Shown here piece by piece: positions 12,151-25,559 of a stretch of 64,000 nt of DNA. A model generated the notes under the pieces. That model searched no databases, had not been told where the DNA came from, and saw only the letters and a program-made list of their open reading frames with translations. The stretch lies in assembly GCA_951406725.2 (NCBI GenBank), contig OX597820.1, positions 52,266,001 through 52,330,000 of the forward strand, given 5' to 3'. The number at the start of each line of letters is the position of its first letter. Positions within the stretch are counted from its first letter, which is position 1. A program made the position numbers and the translations under genes. Source of the stretch: Octopus vulgaris (taxonomy: Eukaryota).

Positions 12151-13519
12151 CTAACCAAGTGTGTGTGGGAGAACTAATATGTATTTTCAGAGATACTCCT
12201 CTTTGTTGTTAATATATTATTTGCAGAAATGAAATATATATATTTCACAAATTATAGGATATTCGCCATTTCAAAAGTGATTTTTTTTTTATTTTTTTGT
12301 TTTCTGTAAATTTATATTTTTCTTTGTGTATCACATCACACATAAAACTGCATTTGATATACGTATTCTAAAAGTTTCTTAGGTTTATTTGATTGGCAGT
12401 GTATTTCCCTTCCTCCACCACCTCTTCGTGTGTAGGCGTGTGTGTGTGTGTGCGTGCATGTGTCTATGTGCTTGTATGTGTTTGTTTGTTTGTGTGTGTG
12501 TGTGTGTGTGTTCGCGCACGCGCTTATCTCTATAATTTCAATTTGAGTATGTGAACAAACGAGAAGGCGTGAAATGTATGAAAATTACGAACAAAGAGTA
12601 ATGATTGATGGACAGATACAAATATACAGCGTATGTTTGTGCTTAATATATATTTATGCGTAATATACACATAAACAGTACGCGTGTACAGTATGTGTTT
12701 ATGTGTGTGAATGAGCGTTATTTTCTATGGAGAAATGAGTCAAAGAAATGCATCGTAAACCATTCACTAAGATGTGTAGTGTGAGAGAAATTAGGAGGCA
12801 GACTCCGAGGTAGTGAAGGACTCCCAGAGACAATTATAACATCAGTACAAGGATAAATAATAAAGTCTAAAATATGTTTACGGTGTTTTGAAAGCATATT
12901 TTAGATATATATTTAAGTAAGTAATTTATTTAAGGACATATATATTGCAAGCGCTAATCTGAATATGAATGTAGAGCAAGAAAACGGTGAAAAGTAAAAA
13001 GAAAAAAAAACACCGAGAAAGAGGTGATGGTTCAGAGATACTGCAATGGGTAGTGAGAATAGATAAAGAAACTGTGAGTTAATATGTATTTCTGAGCGTG
13101 TATGCATTTATTCTATTTTCTCTGTATGGGTTTTGGAAACCTAATTTCCGATTGTCCATCACGCTATGAATTTGGGAACATGTATATAGCCTACAGTATA
13201 CTCGTTCGGCCATGTCACTATTTACTACAGATATAGTTCTAGCTCTCTTTGATAACCCCTTTATTTTATTAAATGATTAAATGTCACTTGCGACTTATAC
13301 AGGTCATTTGCAATATTACTAAACAAAGAATTTTGTTCACAGTAATTGATAATTCACCGACACAGTGGTGGCCATCTCCGTAATCAATTACGTTCAGGGA
13401 AAAATATAGAAAGCTACTCATTGTTGTAGCATAATAAAAGAGGATATCGTGCATCCGATAAACTGCCGCTATGTACGTGGATAAGCCAATCCATTGTTAA
13501 ATTAGCGTGTGTATATGTG

Positions 13520-13560
<41 letters not shown>

Positions 13561-13584
13561 GTATATAAACTCACACACACACAC

Positions 13585-13629
<45 letters not shown>

Positions 13630-15166
13630 GTGTACACAGACACACGCACATATATGTATCTATTGTACTGTTCCATGATAGAAAGATCAATGAAAACTAC
13701 TCTCTCTCTCTCTCCGGCGAGGGATAAATTTTATTTATTTAAATGTAACAATATATATCTTTAAGTGCTACTGAGGCCCTCATATGTGGAGAAATATCTT
13801 AAACATATTCATCATTTACAAACCACATATCATAACGAACTAAAGCAATTGAATAAAAAGAAGAAAAGAGACAAACCTGACAAGGAAGCATATAGATGTT
13901 TTGTCTCGCTGTATATTCTGTATATTCCACACTAGAATAATTTAAAGTTCACTTGCTTTTAATTTGTCATAACGTCAACAATATACATATACATGTGCAT
14001 CATTAGCCTTATTAATAACCCTAACCTTGAAATTTATTTTCTTCTCCCACTACTCTCTATATTAATAAAGCCCAACTCCTCTTTCTAATACATTTAGTTC
14101 TCCACAAAATCATTCCATCTTGACTATTCAGTTTCTTAACACCTCAAATGTAAAATCTTATCTGAAAACATAGGCTGGTATTATCCGATGATGGAATCAT
14201 TATTTTTGCCCACCGAGGCCCCCAGAAACAGCTATTGGACTCGTAAAACTCTTATTCAACCCCTTTAATTCCTGATATTATATCTATTCTGCATAAGACC
14301 CACACCGCTTGTCAAGTGACGGTGAGGGACAAACACACACAGACACACACACATAATAATCTGATTGTTCATTCACCCGTTATACCTTACTTCGTTAGCA
14401 AGGTAGAGGTGGGGAAAAGTGAAAGAGAGGGGGAAATGTGAAAAGGTAAGAAAGATGTGAGAACGAAGTAGAGAAAGGTGTAAAATAAGGCCGAATACGT
14501 CAAGTGGTTAATTGAAGGGAGAGGCGAAGGAAAAGACAGTGAGAGAAAAGAGGGAGAGAGGAGTGTGAACGACGTACTGTAGGGTTAGGAGGGAAAGGTA
14601 AAGAGAAAGCGATATGTTTAGGATACAATATTTAGGATAGAGTGATGTTCTGGTGGTAAGTAAAAAGGAACGTAAATAGAGAGACAGACAGCTAATTGTG
14701 TTGGTGAAGGTGGTAGTGGCGGCGGCGGCAGTGGTGGTGGTGGTGGTGGTGTTGGAGGTAAGGAAAAAATAATTTTTTATTGAACTAAATCTATATTATT
14801 TTCTTAGCTGCTCGTTCACTTTTAGAGAGGAAGAACGAATATGAGAATAAGTGAGACAGCAGATAGCCAGCAGATGCATTATTCTGTCACTCATGTGGTT
14901 AGTGGAGGTGAAAGGTGAAGAGAACGAGGGAAATGTTAAAAACATGACGAGGGAAATGGTTAAGAAGACTGTTGAAGAGGTAGAGAGAGACAAAGAAATA
15001 AAAGTGCGTAGCAGAGGGAGATTTTAAAATCCTATTATTGTGACTGGAAGTGAAATAACTTAGCAAAATAAAAATGCAAATCTTCCTTGTTTCCTGAAAC
15101 AGTTTCTCTTAATCTTTATCGTTCTGTGGAATTTTCACGAGTACCACTAGTTTGCGTGTGTGTGTG

Positions 15167-15215
<49 letters not shown>

Positions 15216-15359
15216 ATGTATGTATGTATATACATATGTGTATATATATATATGTATATATATATATATGTATATATATATGTATGCATATCTATGTATG
15301 TATGTATATGTCTATATATGTCTCTCTCACTCTCTCTCTCGTTTTATATATATATATAT

Positions 15360-15514
15360 ACGTCAGGATTATTTCAGTCAACCAAATTCACTTATAAGGA
15401 TTTTGGTCGTCCTGTAGCAGTAAACTCCTACCGAAGTTTCCACGAAGTGGAAGGAAATCCAGAACCATGTGGTTGGGAAGCAAGTTTCTTACCCCACAAC
15501 CTCGCCTGCGCCTA
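15360..15514 (-). mobile_element. SINE family A, 5' part, diverged
   Basis: GAACCATGTGGTTGGGAAGCAAG...CCTGCGCCT matches the family A head. Confidence 0.75.
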
Positions 15515-16068
15515 TTTAATTCAATTTCTTTTAAATAAAAGTATTATCTGCGTACAAGTTGTATTATTCCAGTTCTTATATTTCATTTTTGCTTTTCTAA
15601 AATTTAGCAGGAATTTTATATTTCTCCTCGAAGGAGGAGTAGTAAAATGCGAAATTCAAGTTACTGCATGTCACCTCGCAAAATAAACAAACAAGTGTGA
15701 TGTCTGATATCTAAATATGCTTCGTTCTATTTGCATTTTATTTTTCATCTCTTGTTCGTCAAGTTTCATACGTGCCTGGACATTTGTCAATATTTTAATC
15801 ATGACATACTCGATATTTCTGGTTGATATGCTGGTCTTTTGGGGCCATAGCAAACACCCGAATCTTATTGATAATATTTATAGATGAATTCTAATTAAGC
15901 ACTGTATAATGTTATCAGTCCTCGAGCAAAACATGTATATATTCATCAACGTGTATTTAAGCACGCTCACATGCACATGGGCATGCGTCTACGTACTTAA
16001 ATGTGTGTGTGTGTGTATGTATGTGTGTTGTGAGTATATATATATATGTATATGTATGTGTAAGTATA

Positions 16069-16122
<54 letters not shown>

Positions 16123-16138
16123 CAAGTGTGTGTGTACA

Positions 16139-16185
<47 letters not shown>

Positions 16186-17065
16186 GTGTATGTGTCTGTG
16201 CGGGTCTCCGTATTCAAAAGGGAATAGGTCAGACGCTTGTATAGGATTATGCATTCATTATTCATTAGACATGATAATGGTTGTATATTACATTAAGTCT
16301 GTTAATCTTCTCTTCATACATAAATATATAAATATTGCTCTATATACGCACACAAAAAGATATCTTGTGTACTAGTAAATGTTTCTGTATGCATGGGTGG
16401 GTCTACATATGCGATTATGTATGTATGTGGTGTTCCGTATAGGAGTGTGTGTATATTTGTTTTATACACTTTCGAATACATCTATGCTTGCTTCAGAAAA
16501 TATTTGTGTCTGTATTTGAAAGATCATGATATTAAAAACATTGCGACATTTATAAGACGAGTATGTATATAAACACGTGTTTCTCTTCATGATCTTCCAT
16601 CTCTTGGGTCGGGTCTATGTAATCGGTCACTGACCATTTGCAAGAGAAGATAAAAATGATCATTACAATGTTTTGTTGTAATTTAGGGATTACTGATTAT
16701 TGCTTTCTGCGGACTTCGTTTGTATAAGCAAGACAGTTGCCCGGCATGCTGGTTGGTTGGCCGATAATTGTGATAGCTGTATGATGGAGTTGGTAAACAG
16801 CAGCTATCAAAACGATTGTTTAATACATTCTGTCTAGCTAGATAGCAAGATCTGCCACAGATTATGTGAAGACATGTAATACACACGTCACACACGTGCC
16901 TTTGTAGTTTTATTATGTTTATTTCTGTAGCTGTTTATAAGCCTGATTGTCGAAATTATTCATTGGCCTTGAGAGCACAAATATATGAATGACTGAGATG
17001 AATATTATGAAAAGATAACCTCAGAGACATAATAATCGTAATAATAAAAATAATAACTATACTAT

Positions 17066-17455
17066 AGGCGCAGGTGTGGCTGTGTGGTAAGAATCTTGCT
17101 TATCAACCACATGGTTCCGGGTTCAATCCCACTGCGTGGCACCTTAGACAAGTTTCTTCTAATATAGCCTAGGGCCGACCAAAGCCTTGTGCGTGGATTT
17201 GGAAGACGGAAACTGAAAGAAGCCCGTCCTATGTATATATATATATGTATATATGTAAATATGTATGTGTCTATGTTTGTACGCCCACCATCGCTTGATA
17301 ACCGATGTCGGTGAGTTTATGTCGCCGTAACTTAGCGGTTCGGCAAAATATACCTATAGAATAAGTACTAGGCTTACAAAGAATAAATCCTTGGGTCGAT
17401 TTGTTCGACTAAATGCAGTGTCGCAGTGAAATGACTGATACAAATAAAAGAATAA
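17066..17455 (+). mobile_element. SINE family A, full length
   Basis: AGGCGCAGGTGTGGCTGTGTGGTAAG...GGTTCAATCCC head, internal TA tract, AAATAAAAGAATAA tail. Confidence 0.9.
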
Positions 17456-17498
17456 TAATAACCATACTAATAATACCAGTAATATTTATTATCATTCA

Positions 17499-17910
17499 GG
17501 CGGTGAGCTTGCAGATGCGTTAGCACACCGGGCGAAATGCTTAGTGGTATTTCGTCTGTCTTTATATTCTGAGTTCAAATTACGCCGAGGTCGACTTAGC
17601 CTTTCATCCTATCGAGATCGATTAAATAAATACCAGTTATGCACTGGAGTCGATGTGATCGACTTAATCCCTCTGTCTGCCCTTGTTTGTCCCCTCTTTG
17701 TTTAGCCCCTTGTGGGCAATAAATAAATAAGAAACGTTAGCACGCCGTGCGAAATACTTGGCTGTATTTCGTCTGTCTTTACGTCTGAGTTCGCCTTTGC
17801 CTTTCATCCATCCGGGGTGATAAATTAAGTACTAGTTGCGTATTGGGATCGATCTAATCGACTGGTTCCTTCTCCAAAAATTTCGAACCTTATACCAAGA
17901 GTAGAAAAGA
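17499..17910 (+). mobile_element. Dimeric tRNA-derived SINE, family B (Meta-domain-like core), with target-site duplication
   Basis: Head GGCGGTGAGCTTGCAGA...GAGTTCAAATT; core GCCTTTCATCC...GATAAATTAAGTAC occurs twice; AATATTTATTAT flanks both ends. Confidence 0.85.
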
Positions 17911-19001
17911 ATATTTATTATTATCAGTTAAATAAAGTTGGCTTTATTACAACTAATCGCTTAATTTACAACTACAACTATTTACAATTAGTAAATTCCC
18001 TATATTTAATTTATTTTCGATATTTCAATTTCAAATCGCTCAAAGTTCTACTTTCACTGATTGATAAAATGAGGTACTGATTAAGTACTGAAATGTGCAT
18101 CAACGACTATACTTCTCTCTGAGAGTGGATTGCGCGATGTAAGATTAGCGCAATTTTAGTGGCTAAATAGGTGGCCAGAATTTTACGCTGGTAAAAGGTG
18201 TTGGTATTTGGTTTGTGTGAGTAATCCAGGATTGTATTTAGTGTACCCATATTTTTTTTCTTTTTAGTTCCTTACATTTGATTGTGAAGCTTAGCTTCCA
18301 CTCACTGCATTTTGTACTGAGAGGTCTTTTTGTTATGTATCTATTAATAGGTGCACTGATATTATTTGCTGTTCGTCTTTTTTCCTATGAAGTTCATCTT
18401 TCTACTGTCCCTCAAAACATGGTACTTTGTCATACAAACAACATGCAGGATGAACGAGCTCGGGAGAAATCCGTAACTTTGAAAGAGTTAAATTACCTGA
18501 ATCTGTCCAATGAAAAATGTTTAAAAGAAATCACTTTAAATAAAAACACGACAGATTCCAAAAGACATTAAGCGTAGTATATATGACAAAATATTTTTGC
18601 GTGAGGATGTAAGTAGAAATAGGTCCAATTTCCTAAAAGACACATCAATAAAATAGCCAAAGTAAGGCATGTAGATATTCGAATTTTTTTTTTGTTATTA
18701 AAACCAGTTAATGTATCCTAGTGAAACGAAAAGCAAAATGTTTTTGAAGTTGATGAGTGTTAGTAATTTGTGATTTGAACTGATTACTTTTTCAGAAGTA
18801 CAGAATCAAGTTTTAAACATAACTGAGAGAAAGTACATAGCGTGTATGAAATTATGTACTGATTGCTGTTATATGAAAACAGGAAACAGAGAATAAACGT
18901 GAAACGTTTAAAAATGAGTTTGACGGGAATAGCGTGATAATTCTGGGACATCTCTGTTACCTCTGAAAAACAAGTATCACACTTAAAACTGTTGTCCTAT
19001 A

Positions 19002-19605
19002 CAGCCTTGGCCAAAAGTATTAGGCCACTCCAATATTTTGGGGTTTTGCTATCTCAATGTTAATGAAACTCGTGTACGTAGTAGATTATGATATATTTCA
19101 CAATATACATTAGTTTTAATATCTAGTTGACCCTCCTTTTGCATCAGTTACCGCTTTTATACTGTACTGTACATATGCAACGAATTATGAGTAAGACTAA
19201 AGTCCAAAATTAACTTATGTTTCCCCTATTATTTCAGAGTTTTATGCTAAAATACGTGATAGATATAGTCAATAAACAGTAAAATGCCTAAAGCGAGGGA
19301 GTTGATTGAGTGCGAGCGAGGTCAAATCGTAGCTCATCATGAAGATGGAATGTCTCAAAGGCAAATTGCTCAGAAGATGAAATGTTCTCGTTGTGTTGAG
19401 CAAACGACTCTCAAGCGCTCCAGAGAGACAAAAGGTGTGAAGACAATACAAAGAACAGGTAGAAAAAAGGTTGCATCACCTGGTGATGACAGATCAATCA
19501 TCCGTCAGTCGCTCAGAAACAGGAGAAAAACATCGTCGGAGCACTGTGCGGACTTCAACGTGACAAGTACTTCACAAATCTCAACCAGAAGTGTTAGAAG
19601 AAGGC
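19002..19605 (+). mobile_element. Tc1-like DNA transposon, left end plus N-terminal (paired-like HTH) transposase; truncated
   Basis: TA|CAGCCTTGGCCAAAAGTATTAGGCCAC terminus; ORF from 19284 reads MPKARELIECERGQIVAHHEDGMSQRQIAQKMKCSR...TGRKK...DDRSIIRQSLRNRRKTS...ISTRSVRRR. Confidence 0.85.
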
Positions 19606-19636
19606 ATGTAAGAGTTTGTGCGGTCGATAAGGATAA

Positions 19637-19690
<54 letters not shown>

Positions 19691-20077
19691 TACGAATTGA
19701 AAGCAGTGCTATTGTTCTTATCATCATCGACCACACAAACTCAGTGTATGTGTTTTGTTTCTTCACTGGTTCGCTGCCAACATCACTTTGGGGACCTGAT
19801 CACAGCACTGAGTGATTGAAACATCTGAAAATCATAGTCAGGCGAGAAAACTCTCTTCCCGTTCCATCCAGAAGTAATGGATACTGACATTTCGCCATTT
19901 TTGCTTATCAAAATCACTTACCCTGAATCGAACCGGAGATGAACTGTATCATCAGTCTATGACCAAAATTGTGACACAACTGCCAACTAATGTGCGTATA
20001 ATATACAATCACAAACAGGTCTATGCGATATTTTAGTAGCTACGTAGATCCATTATGCTATTACTTTTTTTTATTTT

Positions 20078-20141
<64 letters not shown>

Positions 20142-21659
20142 GGCAGAGAATGTCAAGAATGATTTCTAGCTCAAATTTTAAAATTATATTGTAGCTCTCA
20201 GAACGGAATAAACTTTCTCTCCTCTATGGTGCTGTTGTATAACCGGAAGATGTTTGCTTTTGTCTTCGTTGACAGAATTGTTAATTTGAGTGCGAATTTG
20301 TCTGATGTTTAGTAAAGACGCACACGATTAGAATAAAGTGGAGCATATCAGAGTGAATACTCTATAGAGCAATTCAATCAAGGTATTAACACACAAATTA
20401 GCCTTTGACGAATAGAGTAGCAAATATAATACAGGACAGTATGAGCAATTTATGCTTAAAATGTCCGATTCATCGGTGTATTACTACCTATGGAAAGTTT
20501 ATATATGTCTTTTCTCATCCGTAAATGTCTTCGGCAATGAGCTAAAATGTTCCGTGCTTTATATGTTTAAAATCATTAATATTATGACGATGGGGGTGGA
20601 TAGTAGATGCTATTACAATGTTTGTCAATAATTTTTTTGTCTTTAAATTCTGCGGGATCGACTATGTGTTTCACCTAACAAGGATATAGTAGAATATTAT
20701 CCGACATGTGCTGGAGAGTGTTATTAACTTGACATCGCTCACCTAGCAAATCTGTGATTTGCACCTGTTAAGAAAAATTACTATTATTAATGACATTACA
20801 AATTTAGTTTAAATTATGTAAAAGTTATCAGAATAAAAAATATGAAAATACTTGCTTTGCTGATTCAATTAATAAATAATACATTCGCCATATTTTAGAA
20901 AATAATACTCACAAATTCTATGGAATTATATGATTATATTTCACTATTATTTTAATAATTGATATAAAACAATTCAGTGAATGAAATTTGTGAACAAGCG
21001 ATCAGAAAGAAGCCGGGACGTAGAATTAATTGGCTTAGTTATTAAATTATAAACTGTACAGAACATACGAATTTAGGGTACTTACTAATTTATAAAATTG
21101 ACATAATACAAACACAAACTTTCTATCACCATCACATAACTATCATATTTTCTCATAGCTTCGCGTAAATTTGAGAAATATGTGATAGTGCGTGCGCATT
21201 CGTATGTGTGTGTGTACGTGCTTGTGTGCGTGTGTGTGACACTGGATAATAGATACTGGAACAGAGAAACAAACGCCTAACAAATGCAGATAGCTCACTC
21301 CGTACGCTGATTGGTTGTAGCTACATCGATTCCCATGTTTTAAATATAAATATTGTAAGGCGATGTTTTTTTTTATCATTTCAGTGTCCAAAGTTAGGCT
21401 TGGTATCAACAAGTGTGCGCTCAAGTCACTTGCAAAAATTTTGACAACATACGCTTATGCACGCCCCAATCAATTTCCCATGGCCTATGCTGGACGACAC
21501 TGCTCTAGGCCGTTAAATTTTACTCAATCCAACTCTACATCTTCATTGTCCACAATCTCCTTATTTCCCGCCTCAAACCATCATAGTTGTTCATAATAAT
21601 AGTATAATAGTAACAATAATAATAATAATAAACAAATACATCTCTCTTTCCCTCTTTAT

Positions 21660-22550
21660 ATATATATAGGGAGAATTCACAAAAACAAACAAAACACGAA
21701 GACAGGTGTTTACTCAATAAAACAAAGGTATACGTATAACGCTCGGGAAGTGGAAAAGTCTTTAACTTTTCGAGCCTACGCTCTTCCACAGAAAGGAACA
21801 CGGAAACAAAGAGGGGAAAATAAAGAATGTGTAGTGGCTAGCGATCTATCATGGCGAATGCCGGACAGCAGGGTCACACAGGAGAGCTAGGGAGAAGGGG
21901 AGATAATAAAGTAGTGCCAAAACGAAGCTGCGCGTGTGTGTGTATAAGAGATTTTGTATGTGCGTGTGGAAGGGGGCTGGTGATCTTGACGTGTGCGTGT
22001 GTGTATGTGTAGGTGTGAAAATATGGGTCTGGGAAGTGGTCAGTGCTGATGTGTGCATGGTGGTGTGTTGTGATGTGATGTGTTGTGTAGTATGGTGGTT
22101 TAAGGTGTAGTGGTGAGTAGTATGATGGTGTTGGGAGGGGGATGTGAGAGTGAAAAAAGCAAGTGTGGGGTGTGATGGAGAAGGATAGGGAAGGTGGAAG
22201 GTGGGGTGGTAGGTGGAGGGTAGGGGTGGGCTTACGAGTAAGGGGTGACGAGGAAGGAGGAAGGAGAAGGTGGATAGGAGTGACGAGAAGAGAGGAGAGT
22301 AGGAGTGAAGAGAAGACGTAGGAGTCGGAGCAAGAGAGGTGAGGTGGGTGGGAGGAAGTAGGTATGAGGGGGAGAGAGGCGAGGGGAGGAGGTTAGATGA
22401 AGTGGGAAGGAGAGTTGAGCCCATGTGGCGCAAAGGAGTGAAGAGAGAAGATTAATCTCTGTTCACGGCGCAAACGGGAGTCCGGATGGCCCCTGTGCAA
22501 GAACAGTCCGAACACAGACAGGTGTTGCAAAGAGTGACGGGTAGAGCGCG
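21660..22550 (-). mobile_element. Penelope-like element 3' end: GIY-YIG C-terminus, low-complexity 3' UTR, pseudo-LTR
   Basis: ORF 22393..22608 ends HSLQHLSVFGL...RLRREQRLIFSLHSFAPHGLN, the typical PLE endonuclease C-terminus; hammerhead-like motif at 21758-21797. Confidence 0.85.
21758..21797 (-). ncRNA. Minimal hammerhead-like motif with variant core, probably inactive
   Basis: Minus strand CTTT-CTGTGGAA-GAGC gtag GCTC-GAAA-AGTT-AAAG: stems I and II present, non-canonical core, stem III mismatched. Confidence 0.5.
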
Positions 22551-22719
22551 CATTTTTTACGACGATTTGGTAAGTAGTGCCGAGTTTTACCATTTTGTAA
22601 GTGATCACAATATCTTATAAACTTAAATCTTATAAGCGATGGCCATGTATCCACTTAAGAAAATAGTTCAATGTTGAGGCATATACGCACTCGATGGAAA
22701 AAGTGTGATTTTTGTATAC

Positions 22720-22790
22720 ATGAGACTCGAATCCAACACCTCTATGGTTTCGCCAAACTGTGCTACCATTTACATCAACACCCGTGCTAC
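22720..22790 (-). mobile_element. tRNA-like SINE head (minor family)
   Basis: Minus strand AATGGTAGCACAGTTTGGCGAAACCATAGAGGTGTTGGATTCGAGTCTCA has A/B-box-like spacing. Confidence 0.4.
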
Positions 22791-23021
22791 CATTTATACA
22801 AACATACCCACTCGTGAGTATGTTAGTATAAATGATAGCACAATTGTAGTGAGAATATAGGCGTGTGTATGTTCGACTCACTCGCATACCGAAAACCCAC
22901 TTTTTTCCGTAAGTGCATGTATGCCTTAATGCTTAATGGCATACAAACTTTAAACTTATAGAATATTATTATTAATATATATATATATATATATATATAC
23001 ATACATACATACATACATACA

Positions 23022-23053
<32 letters not shown>

Positions 23054-23397
23054 GGTAGATAGATAGATAGATAGATTTATAAATATACACGTTATATTTG
23101 TGCGTGTGTGTGTTTGTGTGCTTGTGCGCTACGAGAAATGTGAAACGTTGCGATATGGCCAACTGTAATTTATTTTCAGAACTGGATGCTTTCTTTCATA
23201 AATACCGCTGTCATCGAGTTTCTGGTTAAATGCCCGAGAATACTTCTAAAGAAATAAATAAAATACAATCAAAATAAGGGCAAAAAGAGAAATGAAAGTA
23301 AAATGGGTTAATTTCCGCATACTCTCTTGCATGCAATCACTTGTGTTTGTATAAGTATTCGTTGTGTGTTTGAATGTAAATGTACGTGCGTACGTAC

Positions 23398-23450
23398 GTA
23401 TGTATGTATGTATGTATGTATGTATGTATGTATGTATGTATGTATGCATG

Positions 23451-23484
<34 letters not shown>

Positions 23485-23533
23485 TGTATGTATGTATGTA
23501 TGTATGTATGTATGTATGTATGTATGTATGTAT
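23398..23533 (+). repeat. (TATG)n microsatellite
   Basis: Long tetranucleotide run; a complementary (TACA)n run lies at about 22998-23050. Confidence 0.95.
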
Positions 23534-25559
23534 GGCGGTATGGAGGTATGTATGGAGGTATATATATGTATGAATGCATGTATGTATGCGTGCCTGTATT
23601 TTTATACGATCACGCAAAATATAAACACCACCACGAAAGAATTCTTTGTAACCTTAAACGTTTGCATGTTATCTCAATGGAAGATGCATCGGCCGATTGG
23701 CTGCGTCCAGCTGTGAAGTTGAAATGGCTGAACTAACAAACAGCCGGATCGGAGCACGTCTCGTCCTATCATGTTTAGTGACAACCATGTTTGTTTGTTG
23801 TGTATTTCGTTTCATCAATGTTTGTTATTGAAGATCTGTTATTTTTGTTATTGTTGTTATTTGCAGAACGTGTATATATGCGTTCGACCACATGTGAATG
23901 TTTCTGTCTCTATTTATCTTCCGTTTGTTATTTCCTTTTTTTTCGATTTCTATAATTGTTTCTACGCCTCCACACATTTTTTAAAAGTCACTGTATAATC
24001 GACATTTAATTATTGATGATAGTAATGCGGTTGTTAATATTGCTGTTGTGAGATGCAGTGTTGATAGAGTTGTTTGAACTGTTATTGATTGTGGTGGTGT
24101 TAGTAGTGGCGGCGGCGACAGTGTTAGCGGGGGGGTGCTGCTGGTTGCGGTGCTGAAGATATGGCAGTTTTAGGTTATTATGATAGTGGTAGGATTCATG
24201 TGTGTTTATCTTTATTTTTATATAATCTTACAGAATCAACCGATTGTCACGAAGTATTATATCCTCAATTCATCGACATATACACGCATAAATACGTACA
24301 CACACTGTCCATACTATCGTGTGGGTCGTACAATCGCACAGACACATACAGACGCAATTTCTTTCAGAAACTAAACATAAAAACCGGCACACGTAGCAAA
24401 ATACATATTATGATAAAATAACCATAAAATAAAAATATATATACTTTTAAGCGTGTACATTAAGTCGTAGAAATAACGAAGTACTGTATATAGATAATTA
24501 CAACAACATCTGTAACCAGTAAAATACTAACACATACACAACGTCAAAAACAATCGTATCCAATATAAGGAACGTATATAAATCCATGCTCAAAAAAATT
24601 TCATATTGCTCTCAAGTTCAGTTGGAAATTAAAATCATGTCACGTCATAATAGAAAATCGTGTTCATTGCCAATACGGGTCATATTACAAAGTCATCTAT
24701 TATGATTATAATCATTTTTATCATTATTATTATCATTATTATTGTTGCTGTCTTTGTTGCTTTTATTTGTAGTATCATCATCAACATCGTTTATGTTGTT
24801 GTTGTTAATGTATTTTTTTTAATTATTATGTTGCTTTTTTCATCATAGTTGTAACAGCTCTGGTTGGTGCTGTGATTGTTATTATTCTTACATGTTTGAT
24901 TTTTATTTATTTATTTATTTTCTATGCCTCTTGTGTTTCTATCTCTGCATAAGATGAGTAATTTCGTTAATATTTGTGCAAGATTATAGTAATGATATCG
25001 GGTTCTAGTAAGAGTAGACCAAAATAAGATAATTGATTTCAAGCAAAAGACACAAATATAGAAATCTACTTAAAATGTTTCCTTCAACAATCATGAAGAG
25101 CTGGGTTCAAATCTCACGTTGCAATATGTTTAAGAAATGTGTTAGACTATAAACCTTCAGTTACCATTAGTTTGTGTGTAGAATTTGGTCGACAGAAGCA
25201 CTAATCAACCCAGTCGTATGTGAATATTTATATGCGTATACGTATGCTTGTATGTATATCTATATATACAAACATGTACGTACGCATACATTTATATACT
25301 TATGTATGTGCGTGTCTATGCATTTCAATATATGTTTGTATTTGTCTGTGTTTGTATGAGTATGAAGGTATGCATGTATGCATACATACGTATATATATG
25401 CGGATAAGTAAATTAGGTACATTATATATATTAAATATAACAGTTTGAGTATGAAACATAAAACATTTATATATAAATATATGTATGTATGTATTATGTA
25501 TTAATTCCATTTAATCTTATTCTACCTTTAGTAATGGAGATATGAAATCTAGTTGTAAG

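Noticed and set aside
13046-13058. Partial match to miR-71 (ATGGGTAGTGAGA)
   Set aside because: No seed region and no precursor hairpin.
13342-13391. 9 bp inverted repeat GTAATTGAT/ATCAATTAC
   Set aside because: Too short to distinguish from chance in AT-rich DNA.
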